From Minisyncoccota bacterium (lineage in GTDB: Bacteria; Patescibacteriota; Minisyncoccia; Minisyncoccales; RBG-13-42-11): a DNA stretch of 32,000 bases. Below are positions 1-8,678 of this stretch, piece after piece. The stretch spans positions 18,281 through 50,280 of the forward strand of contig JBAZFF010000002.1 in assembly GCA_041653495.1 (NCBI GenBank). Direction: 5' to 3'. The notes under the pieces were generated by a model. It was not told the origin of the DNA and did not search any database. It saw only the letters and a program-made list of their open reading frames with translations. Positions within the stretch are counted from its first letter, which is position 1. Each line of letters begins with the position of its first letter. A program made the translations under genes and the position numbers.

Positions 1-1355
1 CCGTTGTCAGGATATAGTTCAATATATCCTAGACATCCCATATCTTCGCTTTCGTCTTCATGTTCCACATACAGTTCAGGACGCGCAATAAAAGTTATAG
101 ATCGATTTTCTTCAATAGTTGTTATATTTTGGCACCCCTCCTCCTCGCTGTAATCTCCCGTTCCTTGAATTAAAACGGAGTCGCAAGAAGTTCCGGATAA
201 TTTCTCAAAATCTGTAGTGCAGAACCCTTTATAACAAACTTCTCCTTCTCTGCATTTGGAATCATCCGTGCCGCAAGATCCCAAATTTGAACTAGAAACG
301 CTTTCGTTTATCGCATAAAAAGTGGTTAAATCTGGATTAATAGTGTTTAAGACTAGCCAAGAAGATAACAACACTACTAATCCTATAAAGGCTGACCTGA
401 TTCTTTCCATCGCATTCTTCATAGAAACCGGATCTCCAAAAGAACTTATATATTGGATGCCCGCAACGATCAAAGATACAAAGACAGCAAGGCCCCCTAA
501 GCTTATCCCCCATTCATAGATATATTGTATAAGTTCTGGGAGAGAACTGTCATCTTCTAGGGAAGTCCCTCCGGGAGAATCGGGCCACTCTAACAGCAGA
601 TCTGCTTTGCTATAAACATTAACCTCAGAAGGGTCTGGGGGCGGTTCTCCGGATAAAAGGATGCTTACGGGGCTGCTCGCTCCGATTTTATTTAGGACAG
701 AAACATCAACAAGTCCTTCTTCAAGGGAGAGATCTTCTGGACAAATAACTAAGACTTCAGTGCATTCGTCGTTAGAAAGATAACTTTTATTTATGGTTTC
801 CGTTTTCCCTTCTTGGCTTAGAATAACAATAACCCCCAAGTCAAAAACTTTTTGGTAACAAAGATTTTCCCCTGTTATAGTAAAGGTCCTTCCTCTGGAA
901 ATAGTGCTCGGTTCTATGTTTGTTATATCGGGAGCCCCCTCTTCATCAGACGGGGGGGGAGAGCCCGATCCCACCGTAAAAGAGAAGGTTTCTTTCTGGG
1001 AAAGTATAGCCATATTAAAGGGCACTGCCGTTACTTCTCCCAGATAAACACCTTCTTCTGTCGGGGTGACCGTAACATCTTTAGAACAAGTTATAATGTC
1101 GGGAGAACAGAATAATTTATCGTTAGAGTAAAAAACATCGGAGCCGACTCTGATTGTGATTATTAGTCTATTTATCGTTATATCCTCTCCGTTTTCATCT
1201 TGTCCGAGGTTTGCAGTCGCAGAGATCTCCACGGGTTGATTCAGCGAAGCATTGGAGGGAACATCAATCTCTATGGACGCGAGAGCTTCCTCATAAAGAA
1301 AGCACCCGATTATAACAGAGAGAGATAAGAACAGAAACTTTAACTTATTCACCAT
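1..1355 (-). CDS. Secreted surface protein, N-terminal ~451 aa in window (runs off left edge): signal peptide, IPT/TIG-like beta domain, internal two-helix TrbC/VirB2-like pilin membrane module, Cys-rich tail
   Basis: Absent from the ORF track because it has no stop in the window. My reverse-complement translation from the ATG at 1355..1353 reads MVNKLKFLFLSLSVIIGCFLYEEALASIEIDVPSNASLNQPVEISATANLGQDENGEDITINRLIITIRVGSDVFYSNDKLFCSPDIITCSK. I hand-checked the frame at 1355..1080 and 540..300; the rest I read only approximately. At ~540..330 it reads PELIQYIYEWGISLGGLAVFVSLIVAGIQYISSFGDPVSMKNAMERIRSAFIGLVVLLSSWLVLNTINPDL. The + ORFs 322..519 and 852..1115 are antisense shadows. Confidence 0.65.
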   Translation of the reverse strand, partial: MVNKLKFLFLSLSVIIGCFLYEEALASIEIDVPSNASLNQPVEISATANLGQDENGEDITINRLIITIRVGSDVFYSNDKLFCSPDIITCSKDVTVTPTEEGVYLGEVTAVPFNMAILSQKETFSFTVGSGSPPPSDEEGAPDITNIEPSTISRGRTFTITGENLCYQKVFDLGVIVILSQEGKTETINKSYLSNDECTEVLVICPEDLSLEEGLVDVSVLNKIGASSPVSILLSGEPPPDPSEVNVYSKADLLLEWPDSPGGTSLEDDSSLPELIQYIYEWGISLGGLAVFVSLIVAGIQYISSFGDPVSMKNAMERIRSAFIGLVVLLSSWLVLNTINPDLTTFYAINESVSSSNLGSCGTDDSKCREGEVCYKGFCTTDFEKLSGTSCDSVLIQGTGDYSEEEGCQNITTIEENRSITFIARPELYVEHEDESEDMGCLGYIELYPDN

Positions 1356-1370
1356 AATAATTATTATAAT

Positions 1371-1379
1371 ATTATAGCA
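1371..1379 (-). promoter_or_regulatory. Candidate extended -10 promoter (TGCTATAAT on minus strand) for the 1..1355 gene
   Basis: The reverse complement of 1371..1379 is TGCTATAAT, 15 nt upstream of the ATG at 1355. No good -35 was seen. Confidence 0.35.
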
Positions 1380-1440
1380 TTTTGAAATTATTATAGTATA
1401 CCACAATAGGCAAATAGAAAAAAGAAATACTATCTAAAAT

Positions 1441-1475
1441 GCAAAGGGCCTTTCTTTTATGAAAAGCCCTTTTGC
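1441..1475 (-). terminator. Candidate intrinsic terminator after the 1480..1929 gene
   Basis: Inverted repeat GCAAAGGGC (1441..1449) / GCCCTTTTGC (1466..1475) with one bulge. On the minus strand it is followed by ATTTTA. It starts 5 nt after the TAA stop. Confidence 0.45.
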
Positions 1476-1479
1476 AGCA

Positions 1480-1929
1480 TTAATCGAAGATTTTTACCAC
1501 CTTAGCGTCTCCTAATTCAGTCGTGTCTCCTGAATACTCGAAGTCAGACAGAATGAATCTTGAATCCCGTATCTTTACCTGGAGGGAGACTTTTTGCCCC
1601 GCCTTCAGGTTCTTAACACCTCCGAATTTCCCCAGTTCTTTGGAATAGGAGGTCTCAGACCAGAAAGAGAGGAACTTTCTATCAGACTCCAGTTTGATGC
1701 GGTAGCTTAGACCTTCGGCCATAGATGGCCTGTCTAACTTGTTGGAGATTACTGTGCCAGTGACCACCACCACGTCTCCGCTTTCATATCTTTCCTCCAT
1801 CAAAAAGGTCCTGAATTGAGCCACGTCGACATTATAAATATCGACATTAGCTCCAGCTGCCTTCCCGCAGGAAGCGGCGGCGAAGATCATCAATATTAAT
1901 GCTGCAATTGTCGCAACTTTTTTAAACAT
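1480..1929 (-). CDS. Small probable lipoprotein, function unknown
   Basis: 149-aa ORF. The N-terminus MFKKVATIAALILMIFAAASCGK is a hydrophobic signal with a lipobox-like AASC. No recognisable catalytic motif. Confidence 0.65.
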   Translation of the reverse strand: MFKKVATIAALILMIFAAASCGKAAGANVDIYNVDVAQFRTFLMEERYESGDVVVVTGTVISNKLDRPSMAEGLSYRIKLESDRKFLSFWSETSYSKELGKFGGVKNLKAGQKVSLQVKIRDSRFILSDFEYSGDTTELGDAKVVKIFD

Positions 1930-1987
1930 TTTTCCCTCCTTTGAGAAAAACTTTCTGGCTCAAATATACCACCTTTTTATCGTTTTG

Positions 1988-2635
1988 TCAATAGTCTTGG
2001 AAAATGATTGAATTGAAGATTTCTTCTATCTCTTGGGTATAAAGACCGCCATCTTTCGTTGGAACGGAGAATGTCACCATATAAGTTTTATCTTTGCCGA
2101 ACAGAACTTCGGATTTACTGTAAGACGTTGCGACTTCGGGATATTCCGAAGTTGTCTCTAAAACCGCGTAGCTTTCATCAGAACTCACGATATTCGTAAT
2201 TGCTTCCCCGTTGTTTTCTAAAGCCTCTTTTTCTATTTTTACTAAGATTGATTCCAAGGTTTCCTTGTTGCTGAACTTGAGAACTATCAAGAAAGCCACT
2301 CCTTGGGATTGTATATCCAACCGTTGGGCGAGCAAAAGGACTTCAGAATCAGGAAAAGATATGCCAGCTTCTTTCGCGGAAGATTCTGCTATCTGAGTTA
2401 TATCCATCCAATTGTTAGAATATTGCAATTTTATTTTTCCGTCAGGAGAACTCCATTCTAATGCCCCTTCTTTCTCCTGGAGTATATAGCCGTCAAAGCC
2501 TGAACTTACTTCAATTTCTGGAAGACTAATCATATTTAGGGAAGCCTTTGACATATCGCTGAATCTCCAATAACAAATAACAGAGAGGGAGGCGATTAAG
2601 AACAATAATATAATAATGTAGTATTTGTTAGGCAT
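1988..2635 (-). CDS. Membrane-anchored hypothetical protein
   Basis: ORF track start 2653 is a GTG that overlaps the upstream gene. The ATG at 2635..2633 (MPNKYYIIILLFLIASLSVICYW, single TM anchor) lies 2 nt after the upstream TGA stop (2638..2640) and is the more likely start. Confidence 0.6.
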   Translation of the reverse strand: MPNKYYIIILLFLIASLSVICYWRFSDMSKASLNMISLPEIEVSSGFDGYILQEKEGALEWSSPDGKIKLQYSNNWMDITQIAESSAKEAGISFPDSEVLLLAQRLDIQSQGVAFLIVLKFSNKETLESILVKIEKEALENNGEAITNIVSSDESYAVLETTSEYPEVATSYSKSEVLFGKDKTYMVTFSVPTKDGGLYTQEIEEIFNSIIFQDY

Positions 2636-2637
2636 GT

Positions 2638-5118
2638 TCAGAATTTCCACCACTCGCCGAATACGCCTATGTCGAATCCGATGAGCATTAAAAATAAGTT
2701 TAAAATAGTCCAGGAAAGGAATAATATTCCGTATCCTATTCCAGCCGATCTCCAGACAGCCTTCATTTTAGCCAAGAACAAAGGCTCTTGGAATCTGATT
2801 GAAAAGAAGAACATTAGCCCGGTTCCCAGAACCAGAATACCTAACATTAGGGGAGCGAATTGCCATAAGATGAAGTCTATAATGTTTCTGATCAAAAGGA
2901 ATATATGTTTGAATTGGCAGGCATCCCTCTCGTCCCAGCTGGTGTCTATATTGTCCTGCGTTCTGCCGCAGGGCACCAGGCCGCTTTCTCTCTCCGGATT
3001 TTCCCCCATTATTAAAGAGAATTTATAAGTATCACTCCAATCCCCAGCTTCTTGGCAATTTTCATCTATACAGGCCCTTACTTTCCATTCATAATCTCCC
3101 AGACACTTCAAGTTTAATAGAGTGCTGCCATCTTGGTCTGTTATAGTCTCGGGGATAATAGCTTTTGGATAACATTCCTCATTCTCCTCTTCCGCAGATG
3201 GGTTTACATAAGAAACTTGATATTGATAATAATCTCCTCCCCGCACCTTGCTCCAACGCACGACATGAGTTCTTTGTTCTGTATATATTTTTCCTTCGTT
3301 CTCAGGATATGTGTTTCTGGGCCCAGACATTCTTAAGGTAGTTAATGGCTTGGAACCGCTATATTCCCCGCAAATATTTCCTTCTTCGTCTGCGCAGGTT
3401 CTTACCCTCCAAGAATAACTTAATTCCTGTTTTAAGTCAGGATAACCTAAAGCGGCAGATGTTCCTTTTGTTTTTATTTCTTTATCTAATCCTTGCCCGA
3501 AAACGTGCAGAATATAGGATTTGGCTCCTCCTACTTCCTGCCAAGAGAATGTAACAGGGATGCTTTCATCCCCCAAGAAAGAATTAAGCTCAGGGGCCTT
3601 TCCAGTTGTTCTAAAACGCCAGGGTCCGCCCCATGATCCCTCGCACTCTTTTGTCTCATAGTCTGAACATGCCTGAATAGACCATTCATATACAGTGTTT
3701 AGGGAGAGTTGCGGATAATCCAGAGAAATATTCAAATTATTTGTCGTCCCAGAAGTTAGGCCAGTGACTTTGTATTTAAAAGAATTGGATCCCGGGCTTG
3801 ACCAGCCTAAAGATACGGGAAGCCCTACAGGAACGATGGTGTCATCTGGAGGAGATGACAGTACGGTCCCAAGATCCCAAGAGCCAGTATTGAATCTCCA
3901 TAAGGGGCTGTATTCGGTACAGTCATGGCCATCCTTGTCTATGCAGGCTGCCACTTTCCAAGCATAGACAGTGTTTTTGGTAAAGAAATACCCATTATCC
4001 ACCAATTCGTTCGGAGGCAATCCCTCCCTCGGTACCGGAATTTGAGGAGCCGTTAACAGTTTTGGCTGGCACTCTCCGAATTTGTAGAGTTGATCATGGC
4101 ATTCATCTGTTTCGGAATAATAAACCAAGACTTTGAATGAAAGGGGTTTGTAATAAGTTTTCCCGTCAAAGTACTTTTCCTGGTAATATTCAGTATCTTC
4201 CATCTCACACCATTTTAAGCTGGAAATTTCTTCCTGAGTCGGATGTCCTGCCTCATCCCCGCCCCAGTCAGGATCAAAAGGGGAATAGAGCTCTGGAGAG
4301 TAGCTGGTCGTCATGTTTTGTAGTTCGCTCCATTCTCCGCAGTCCACTCCGTCGGCATCAAGACATCCTTTAACTTTCCATTGATGTTCTTTTCCGGTTT
4401 CCAATTCACACTGAAGTTTATAGGCAGAATCTGTGATTTCCTGAAGCTGATTTCCTGAAACTATTTTGGTAGTGCCACTGGCGTTGTCGCTGGTGGTTGT
4501 GGCAATATAGAATTGATAAGAACCTACGGTGCAGTAATTTTCCGGTTCGGAAACTATTTCTGTAAGGTCATCCCATCCGAAATTGACGGGAAGCTTGTAG
4601 CCCGTTTCATCTAGTTGGTTCTTGGGCTCAAGAGACGGGTCATCCAGGGGATTGGGGATTGGTGCGGGATAGCACATCCCCCGACATTCAGTTATCGGGA
4701 CATCTTTATTCCAATTGTTGTATTGAGTGGGGCAGATATGGTAATCTGGCACCTCTCCATCATACGGTTCAATCGAGTCGGGGTCGTACGGGCCTGAAAC
4801 ATGATAGGTGTTGGAGTAGTCACGGCTGTAACATTCATTAGAACAAGCCCAGGAATGTGTCACGCACATGAAAAACTTTTGTCCCTGCTCTATGGCTCCG
4901 CCTTCGTTTCCGCAAGAGTTATTGGTACAGCGATAGACATCGAATTCATCGCATCGGTATGGGTCTGAATAACTATGCGAGCATGTCCATGGTCCAGGTT
5001 CGCACTTTTCCGTTGCGGCAGAAACTTGGCCAGAGTTCCAATCAAAAACAATAGCTGACAAAACAATAAAAACTGTTAAGAGAAGAATTGTTTTCTTAGT
5101 AAATTTTATTTTAAACAT
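2638..5118 (-). CDS. Large secreted Cys-rich repeat protein with C-terminal two-helix TrbC/VirB2-like pilin anchor
   Basis: 826 aa with signal peptide (..SGQVSA/ATEK). At least five divergent modules each end in a W-x-[VI]-x-x-C-x-D-(4-7)-C-[GT]-[ED]-[WY]-S signature (listed in findings). The C-terminus reads GLVPCGRTQDNIDTSWDERDACQFKHIFLLIRNIIDFILWQFAPLMLGILVLGTGLMFFFS...AKMKAVWRSAGIGYGILFLSWTILNLF, which gives two TM helices. Confidence 0.8.
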   Translation of the reverse strand: MFKIKFTKKTILLLTVFIVLSAIVFDWNSGQVSAATEKCEPGPWTCSHSYSDPYRCDEFDVYRCTNNSCGNEGGAIEQGQKFFMCVTHSWACSNECYSRDYSNTYHVSGPYDPDSIEPYDGEVPDYHICPTQYNNWNKDVPITECRGMCYPAPIPNPLDDPSLEPKNQLDETGYKLPVNFGWDDLTEIVSEPENYCTVGSYQFYIATTTSDNASGTTKIVSGNQLQEITDSAYKLQCELETGKEHQWKVKGCLDADGVDCGEWSELQNMTTSYSPELYSPFDPDWGGDEAGHPTQEEISSLKWCEMEDTEYYQEKYFDGKTYYKPLSFKVLVYYSETDECHDQLYKFGECQPKLLTAPQIPVPREGLPPNELVDNGYFFTKNTVYAWKVAACIDKDGHDCTEYSPLWRFNTGSWDLGTVLSSPPDDTIVPVGLPVSLGWSSPGSNSFKYKVTGLTSGTTNNLNISLDYPQLSLNTVYEWSIQACSDYETKECEGSWGGPWRFRTTGKAPELNSFLGDESIPVTFSWQEVGGAKSYILHVFGQGLDKEIKTKGTSAALGYPDLKQELSYSWRVRTCADEEGNICGEYSGSKPLTTLRMSGPRNTYPENEGKIYTEQRTHVVRWSKVRGGDYYQYQVSYVNPSAEEENEECYPKAIIPETITDQDGSTLLNLKCLGDYEWKVRACIDENCQEAGDWSDTYKFSLIMGENPERESGLVPCGRTQDNIDTSWDERDACQFKHIFLLIRNIIDFILWQFAPLMLGILVLGTGLMFFFSIRFQEPLFLAKMKAVWRSAGIGYGILFLSWTILNLFLMLIGFDIGVFGEWWKF

Positions 5119-5187
5119 TGTGATGTCTAATCTCGATCAAATTATTGATTCATTCTATCTTGTCAGAGATTCTTTTACAATAATTCT

Positions 5188-5988
5188 TTAATGCGTATGT
5201 CTGGATAGCTTCAGCCAATCTTCGACGGCCAAGGTTTCCGCCCGCTGGTTCGGCTGGATATTATTCTCCAACAGCCATTCCGCCGCTTCTTTCTTTTCTA
5301 TTTTTAATTTTTTAGAAAGATTGTTCGCTAATTGTTTTCTCGGCTGGGAGAATCCAGCCTTCACAATCGAAAAGAAATCGTCGGGAATTACAGTGGCTTT
5401 CGGAGTTATTCTGATGATTGCAGAGTCTATTTTGGGCCTCGGCCAGAAGGAGTCCTTCTTAATATAAGAAATTATCTTGGCTTGGGCGTACGCCTGGACG
5501 GAAACGGCCAAAAGGCTCATTCTGGGAGGTCTTGCGCAGATCCTTTGGGCCACTTCTTTCTGGATTATAAAGATTATCTCTTTGGGCTGGTTTTCGGCTT
5601 CCAGAAACTTTCTTATAACAGGAGCGGTGAGATAAAAGGGGATATTCCCGGCCAAGATGTAATCCTTGTCTTTAAAAATCCATTTTAAGATGTCGGCGTT
5701 AACAATTTCCAGATTTTCCGAGTTTCCATGCTTCTGTTCCAAAATCCTGGCCATTTTGGGGTCTTTTTCCACGGCTATCACCTTTTTGGCCGACTTCAGC
5801 AGTTCTCCGGTTAAAACCCCCGGCCCGGGGCCTACTTCCACGACGGTGTCGGTTTTTCGGGCCCCTACGGCTGAAACCATGCTTCTTACGGCCGCTTGGT
5901 CAACTAAAAAGTTCTGCCCCAGGCCTTTGGACGGCAGAATTCCTTGGTTTTTAAGCAGAGACTTTAGTTCTTCCTTCAAATAAGACAT
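5188..5988 (-). CDS. rsmA: 16S rRNA (adenine1518/1519-N6)-dimethyltransferase RsmA/KsgA
   Basis: 266 aa with the family signatures GQNFLVD and the SAM motif VVEVGPGPGVLT, plus NIPFY. Length is typical. Confidence 0.93.
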   Translation of the reverse strand: MSYLKEELKSLLKNQGILPSKGLGQNFLVDQAAVRSMVSAVGARKTDTVVEVGPGPGVLTGELLKSAKKVIAVEKDPKMARILEQKHGNSENLEIVNADILKWIFKDKDYILAGNIPFYLTAPVIRKFLEAENQPKEIIFIIQKEVAQRICARPPRMSLLAVSVQAYAQAKIISYIKKDSFWPRPKIDSAIIRITPKATVIPDDFFSIVKAGFSQPRKQLANNLSKKLKIEKKEAAEWLLENNIQPNQRAETLAVEDWLKLSRHTH

Positions 5989-6033
5989 GTTTTACCTATT
6001 TTAGCACGAAAGAGAGGGTGTTAAAATAGGGTA

Positions 6034-6061
6034 TTGACTGGGTTTTTGCCTAGGGTATAAT
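6034..6061 (+). promoter_or_regulatory. Sigma-70-type promoter for the LysM/M23 gene
   Basis: TTGACT (6034..6039), 16-nt spacer, TATAAT (6056..6061). The ATG is 13 nt downstream at 6075. No Shine-Dalgarno in between. Confidence 0.5.
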
Positions 6062-6074
6062 CAAAACAGTTATT

Positions 6075-7205
6075 ATGGAAAGCTACTTGCAACCCTTTTT
6101 GGGCTTAAAGAAGAAATTCCAGAGAAATAAGAAGAAGATAAGAGGGTCCCTAAAAGATCCCTTTATTTGTTTAGGGGCCGTTTCCGCAGTTTTGCTTGTT
6201 TTTGTGTCCCTAGCCTCGGGTCCGCTATCAGATTCCCTGTACAATAAAGGGGATTTTTCTTTAGCTTCCCTGGCAAATGCAGTAGGAGACGCTACAGAGG
6301 AGAGTCCTTTTGCCGGGATTTTACTTAAGAATTCCTACCCTGACACTCCGGAATACCTGTTTATAGAGGAAAGTAGCCTTAAGGCGTCTGTTTCGCCCGC
6401 TTCCTTCTCCCCTCAGATACTCGGAGCCCTGATAGAGGGGTACGATTACGACGAGACCCAGCAGATGATCACGGAATATACGGTTGGAGAGGGGGATACC
6501 CTGTCTTCCATATCTTCCAAGTTCGGCATTTCTTTAAACACCCTTTTGTGGGCAAATTCCTTGGACAGCAGGTCTACGATACAGCCGGGCCAGAAGCTGG
6601 TCATTTTGCCGGTATCGGGCATATTGCACTACGTAAAGGCGGGAGATACGGTTTCGGAGGTTGCCAAGAAATACAAGGGGAAAGCGGACGAAATAATGGC
6701 TTTTAACAATATTTCAGCAGGAGGAAGCATATATGTAGGGGATATATTGATAATTCCAAACGGAACTAAACCCGTTTCTTCTTACGCCTCAGCCCCGGCA
6801 AGCACGATTCTGGCAGGAAGTTATTTTATTTGTCCGGTAGCCGGAGGATGCAAGATGACCCAGGGGCTTCATTTCTATAACGCCGTAGACTTTAGCAACG
6901 GGAAATGCGGCGAAGTAATATACGCAGCCGCATCAGGAGAGGTCTTGAAAGTGAACTTGACCAATTCCACTTCCAGGTACGCCTTGAACGGATACGGAAA
7001 CCACATTACAATATTGCATTCCAACGGAGTTGTGACCTATTACGGGCACGTTTCAGCATCCTTGGTTAGCGCCGGAGATACGGTTTCCCAAGGCCAGGCC
7101 ATAGCCCTAATGGGAGGAAAGCCGGGTACGGCGGGAGCAGGCAACTCTACAGGATGCCATTTGCATTTCGGAGTATCGGGAGCTAAGAACACCTTCGCTT
7201 ACTAG
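6075..7205 (+). CDS. Membrane-anchored peptidoglycan hydrolase: 2x LysM + M23 metallopeptidase
   Basis: 376 aa. LysM repeats YTVGEGDTLSSISSKFGISLNTLLWANSL..GQKLVILP and HYVKAGDTVSEVAKKYKGKADEIMAFNNI..GDILIIPN. M23 motifs HFYNAVDF, GNHITILHSNGVVTYYGH and GCHLHFGV. Confidence 0.9.
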   Translation: MESYLQPFLGLKKKFQRNKKKIRGSLKDPFICLGAVSAVLLVFVSLASGPLSDSLYNKGDFSLASLANAVGDATEESPFAGILLKNSYPDTPEYLFIEESSLKASVSPASFSPQILGALIEGYDYDETQQMITEYTVGEGDTLSSISSKFGISLNTLLWANSLDSRSTIQPGQKLVILPVSGILHYVKAGDTVSEVAKKYKGKADEIMAFNNISAGGSIYVGDILIIPNGTKPVSSYASAPASTILAGSYFICPVAGGCKMTQGLHFYNAVDFSNGKCGEVIYAAASGEVLKVNLTNSTSRYALNGYGNHITILHSNGVVTYYGHVSASLVSAGDTVSQGQAIALMGGKPGTAGAGNSTGCHLHFGVSGAKNTFAY

Positions 7206-7226
7206 AAGTACTGCAAAGAACAAAAG

Positions 7227-7248
7227 CCGCTTATTGGGCGGATTTTTT
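7227..7248 (+). terminator. Weak candidate terminator after M23 gene
   Basis: CCGC (7227..7230) pairs with GCGG (7038+... read as 7238..7241), followed by ATTTTTT. The stem is short (4 bp, GC only). Confidence 0.35.
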
Positions 7249-7309
7249 ATTTTAGGACTTAAAAAAGGGAAAGATGTTCTAAGAGTTGTATACTGTTTCT
7301 CAGCTAAAA

Positions 7310-7333
7310 AGCCTTCAAGGCGAAGGCTCTTTT
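7310..7333. terminator. Bidirectional intrinsic terminator between convergent M23 and dksA-like genes
   Basis: AGCCTTC (7310..7316) / GAAGGCT (7322..7328), loop AAGGC. An A-run lies upstream and a T-run (CTTTTATTTT) downstream, so it reads as hairpin plus U-tract on both strands. It lies 9 nt after the minus-strand TAA stop at 7337..7339. Confidence 0.65.
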
Positions 7334-7336
7334 ATT

Positions 7337-7717
7337 TTAAGATTGTTTCCTTTCGCACTTCATACAAAATCTTGCGGCAGGGAATACTTTTAAACGGTCT
7401 TCTGGAATGTCAGCCTTGCAGTTCTCGCATTTCCCGTAGGTTCCTTTTTCAATCTTCTCTAAAGCGTTGTTTATGTCCTTAAGCCTATTTTCCAGGCTGT
7501 GTTCCACAGGAAGCATGTTTCCGTATTCCTGGACCTGGTCGGCTCCCTTTTCCAGGGCGTCGCTCCCAGTCTCCCCGGTTCCCAGGTTGGGGAACTTGGT
7601 GTCCCAGTCTCCTTCCAGATTCTGGTCTTTTTCGGCAAAAGTCTTTAAATTGTTTTCTATTTCCGTCTTTTCGGATTCGAGTTTTGCTTTAAGCTCTCCC
7701 TGGAGTTTTTTGTCCAT
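7337..7717 (-). CDS. DksA/TraR-family C4 zinc-finger protein
   Basis: 126 aa. Long charged helical N-terminus and C-terminal CENCKADIPEDRLKVFPAARFCMKCERK (C-x2-C-x17-C-x2-C). Confidence 0.8.
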   Translation of the reverse strand: MDKKLQGELKAKLESEKTEIENNLKTFAEKDQNLEGDWDTKFPNLGTGETGSDALEKGADQVQEYGNMLPVEHSLENRLKDINNALEKIEKGTYGKCENCKADIPEDRLKVFPAARFCMKCERKQS

Positions 7718-7719
7718 GT

Positions 7720-8670
7720 TTATTGGTTTAATGAATTAATAAATGCTTCTTTATCGAAATTCCAGGTGACCGATCCCGAGAGGGAGATTTCCTGGCGCGT
7801 AAAGATGTTTTCGATTGGAATCTGGTACTTCTCTATTAAAGATGAAACTAGGAGTTTGAGCTGTTGGAACTGCAATTCGTTCGGAGATTCATTCTCATTA
7901 TAAATCATAGCTATCCCCAAAGAATAGAGGTTCATTTCTCTTTTCCTTGTTCCGTCCGGCATTTGGGAATTCCCTGAATGGTAGGCAATGGCTTCGTCCT
8001 GGGCCAGTTGGAATATTTCGCCAGTCCTGGAAATTATATAATGGGGAACCGCCCCGTTCTTTTTAAAAGTAGCCAGGATGCTTTCTACATTATAATAGTC
8101 TTCCTCCACGTCGTTATACACCGAGAAGATGACAATGGTGTCTATCGTTCTCGGTTCATCCGGAATTTCATACCCCCAATCTGCCGGGTTCTGGACGATA
8201 ACCAATTCCGGTTCGCTTTCTGGGATTTCTTCCTGGATGACTTCTTCCTGCTCTACTATTTCGGGCGGTTCCTCGGTCAGTCTTATTCCAAAAAACCAGT
8301 AAATGAATCCTGCGGCTAAAATCAGGACAAGCACGGCAATCATTCTCACAGCTATTTTCTGGAAAGAAGAAGGCTTCTTAAAATCCTTGGGAGTCAGCGT
8401 CTCATTCTTTAATGCTTCTTTTACTCTCTTTTCCTCCCTTTCTTCTATCTTTTTGTCTTCTTTCGGCCCAGAGCTTAATTTCAAGAGCCTTTCCTTTTCT
8501 TTCAGCGCTTCTTTCTCCCTTGCCCTTGAAAGATCTTTCGCCATTGTCACCACTTCCTCCCTGGACAGGAGTTCCTTTTTTTCTTCCACGGGAGCGGGCG
8601 GGGGAGTAGGCCTTTCCGGATAAACCTTTGGAACTTCCGGATTTTGATTTATATTTTCGTTTCCCTCCAT
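7720..8670 (-). CDS. Membrane-anchored protein with C-terminal N-acetylmuramoyl-L-alanine amidase (amidase_2/PGRP)-like domain
   Basis: 316 aa. K/E-rich N-terminus, one TM (IAVRMIAVLVLILAAGFIYWFFG), then PHYIISRTGEIFQLAQDEAIAYHSGNS...YSLGIAMIYNENESPNELQFQQLKLLV. This matches the central amidase_2 pattern (y.i.r.G.i.q......a.Ha...N..siGI). The flanking His ligand positions look substituted (see findings). Confidence 0.55.
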   Translation of the reverse strand: MEGNENINQNPEVPKVYPERPTPPPAPVEEKKELLSREEVVTMAKDLSRAREKEALKEKERLLKLSSGPKEDKKIEEREEKRVKEALKNETLTPKDFKKPSSFQKIAVRMIAVLVLILAAGFIYWFFGIRLTEEPPEIVEQEEVIQEEIPESEPELVIVQNPADWGYEIPDEPRTIDTIVIFSVYNDVEEDYYNVESILATFKKNGAVPHYIISRTGEIFQLAQDEAIAYHSGNSQMPDGTRKREMNLYSLGIAMIYNENESPNELQFQQLKLLVSSLIEKYQIPIENIFTRQEISLSGSVTWNFDKEAFINSLNQ

Positions 8671-8678
8671 AATTTAAT

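Noticed and set aside
322-1115. + strand ORFs 322..519 and 852..1115 from the ORF track
   Set aside because: They lie antisense to a long open minus-strand frame with a signal peptide and coherent domains. Their own products are low-complexity with no motifs.
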